Part shown: positions 62,740-64,000 of the stretch, in pieces
How positions within the stretch are numbered: the stretch's first letter is position 1
How the letters are laid out: every line of letters begins with the position of its first letter
Origin: Felis catus
Lineage: Eukaryota
NCBI RefSeq assembly: GCF_018350175.1
Contig: NC_058376.1
Coordinates: 14,446,001 to 14,510,000, forward strand
Reading direction: 5' to 3'
DNA: 64,000 nucleotides
Position numbers and translations under genes: made by a program
The notes under the pieces: model-generated
What the model saw: only the letters and a program-made list of their open reading frames with translations
What the model was told of the DNA's origin: nothing
Databases searched by the model: none

Positions 62740-63030
62740 AGGCCAACAGAGAAACGAACTCCAGCATGGACATCATCAAGGCAGTCGCTGTGACACCATC
62801 ATCCTGATGAGGGCGGAACTGTGGGGCCACAGGTGAATTTCGCCATCTTCCACTCCACGAGGTAAATCTAGGAATCTGTAGGTTAGGCTGTAGGCAGCAA
62901 CAGACCTACTAGACTTTCATCCTGCAGGATATCGTCACCCAAGGGAAAGGCTCAGAACGTGTGGGGCTCAGAATTGGTGAATTCCACGTCCAGGTGTAGA
63001 GGGTGAGAGTCGCCCACGGTGCCCTCGTTA

Positions 63031-63345
63031 CTAGTAGCCACAGCCAGAGCCACAGCCATAGCAGGAGCCATAGCCACAGCCCAGGCCTCTGTAGCCACAG
63101 CCTCCATAGCCACAGCCTCTGTAGCCACAGCCTTTGTAGCCAGAGCTTCCATAGCCGCAGCCTCCATAGCCACAGCCTCCATAGCCACAGCCTCCGTAGC
63201 CACAGCCTCCATAGCCACAGCCTCTGTAGCCACAGCCTCCATAGCCGCAGCCTCCGTAGCCACAGCCTCCATAGCCGCAGCCTCCATAGCCGCAGCCTCC
63301 ATAGCCGCAGCCTCCATAAGAGTTTCCGTAGTAGCTTCCACACAT
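63031..63345 (-). CDS. KRTAP6: Keratin-associated protein 6 family, 104 aa, 15 units (K6-F)
   Basis: ..GSSGYKGCGY..GLGCGYGSCYGCGSGCGY; TATA 63426-63432. Confidence 0.93.
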   Translation of the reverse strand: MCGSYYGNSYGGCGYGGCGYGGCGYGGCGYGGCGYGGCGYRGCGYGGCGYGGCGYGGCGYGGCGYGSSGYKGCGYRGCGYGGCGYRGLGCGYGSCYGCGSGCGY

Positions 63346-63425
63346 GGTGTTGGCTGTTGAGGTTGTGCTTGGCTAGAGAAGGAGAGAAGTGTCACTTAGG
63401 TGTGGATTTCTCCCTGCAGGGGGCC

Positions 63426-63494
63426 TTTTATATGCCTAAGGGTTGGGGGGTGGCTCCCACACGTGCTCCTGTCATTGGCTAATTTTTTGACTCA
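63426..63494 (-). promoter_or_regulatory. TATA, CCAAT and AP-1 (TGACTCA 63488-63494) of K6-F
   Basis: Motifs read directly. Confidence 0.75.
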
Positions 63495-63821
63495 TCTAAT
63501 TAATGTGTTGTTTCAAGACCAGAGCCCAATGCCTGAAGGCATTAAGGAGGCTTGCTTTAACCCCCCGAAGACCTTTAATAAGATGGTGGAGTCACACGTA
63601 CAAAACTGTCTTTCATAACAAATCTTCACTTTAACGTTCTATAACCAGATATCATATAACGCAGGGAACATTTTCAGTAGTTTCAATTGACTTGCTCTTG
63701 ACCGCAATTCTTTTTTCTCTTTGACCTCCCCAAATTCTATTGCCCTCCATAATATAGTTTTACCTCTTGTTCTAGCCTGAGTCAAATTATGTTTTGTGGA
63801 TTATGTAACAGTAATGAGATT

Positions 63822-64000
63822 ATTTTTTTTTAAATTTTTTTTTCAACGTTTTTATTTATTTTTGGGACAGAGAGAGACAGAGCATGAACGGGGGGAGGGG
63901 CAGAGAGAGAGGGAGACACAGAATCGGAAACAGGCTCCAGGCTCTGAGCCATCAGCCCAGAGCCCGACGCGGGGCTCGAACTCACGGACCGCGAGATCGT
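63822..64000 (-). mobile_element. Young SINEC_Fc (cut by window end)
   Basis: Near-consensus, CpG-rich. Confidence 0.92.

Overview
Mammalian genomic DNA, almost certainly a felid, judged from about 30 tRNA-derived SINEC_Fc/CanSINE copies and carnivore-type L1. The window is part of the high glycine-tyrosine keratin-associated protein (HGT-KAP) cluster. It holds six intronless KRTAP6-family genes built on a GGCGY pentapeptide minisatellite (4-16 units). It also holds three 48-codon KRTAP22/20-like genes that the supplied ORF track misses, each paired head-to-head with a KRTAP6. The left arm (~0.6-23 kb) and right arm (~49-63.5 kb) are an old inverted duplication. The KRTAP6 genes are mosaics of recent gene-conversion tracts, several of which end near the predicted TSS or poly(A) signal. 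Intergenic DNA is nested retroelements: a near-full-length L1, solo LTRs, an ERVL relic, L2/MIR, twin-primed L1s, and two tailless small-RNA retrocopies (U6 inside a SINE, 5S rRNA inside an L1). There are two N gaps. I found no wholly new biological system; the most interesting signals are the cluster architecture and the conversion pattern. All alignments were made by eye, and repeat subfamily and paralogue names are tentative.
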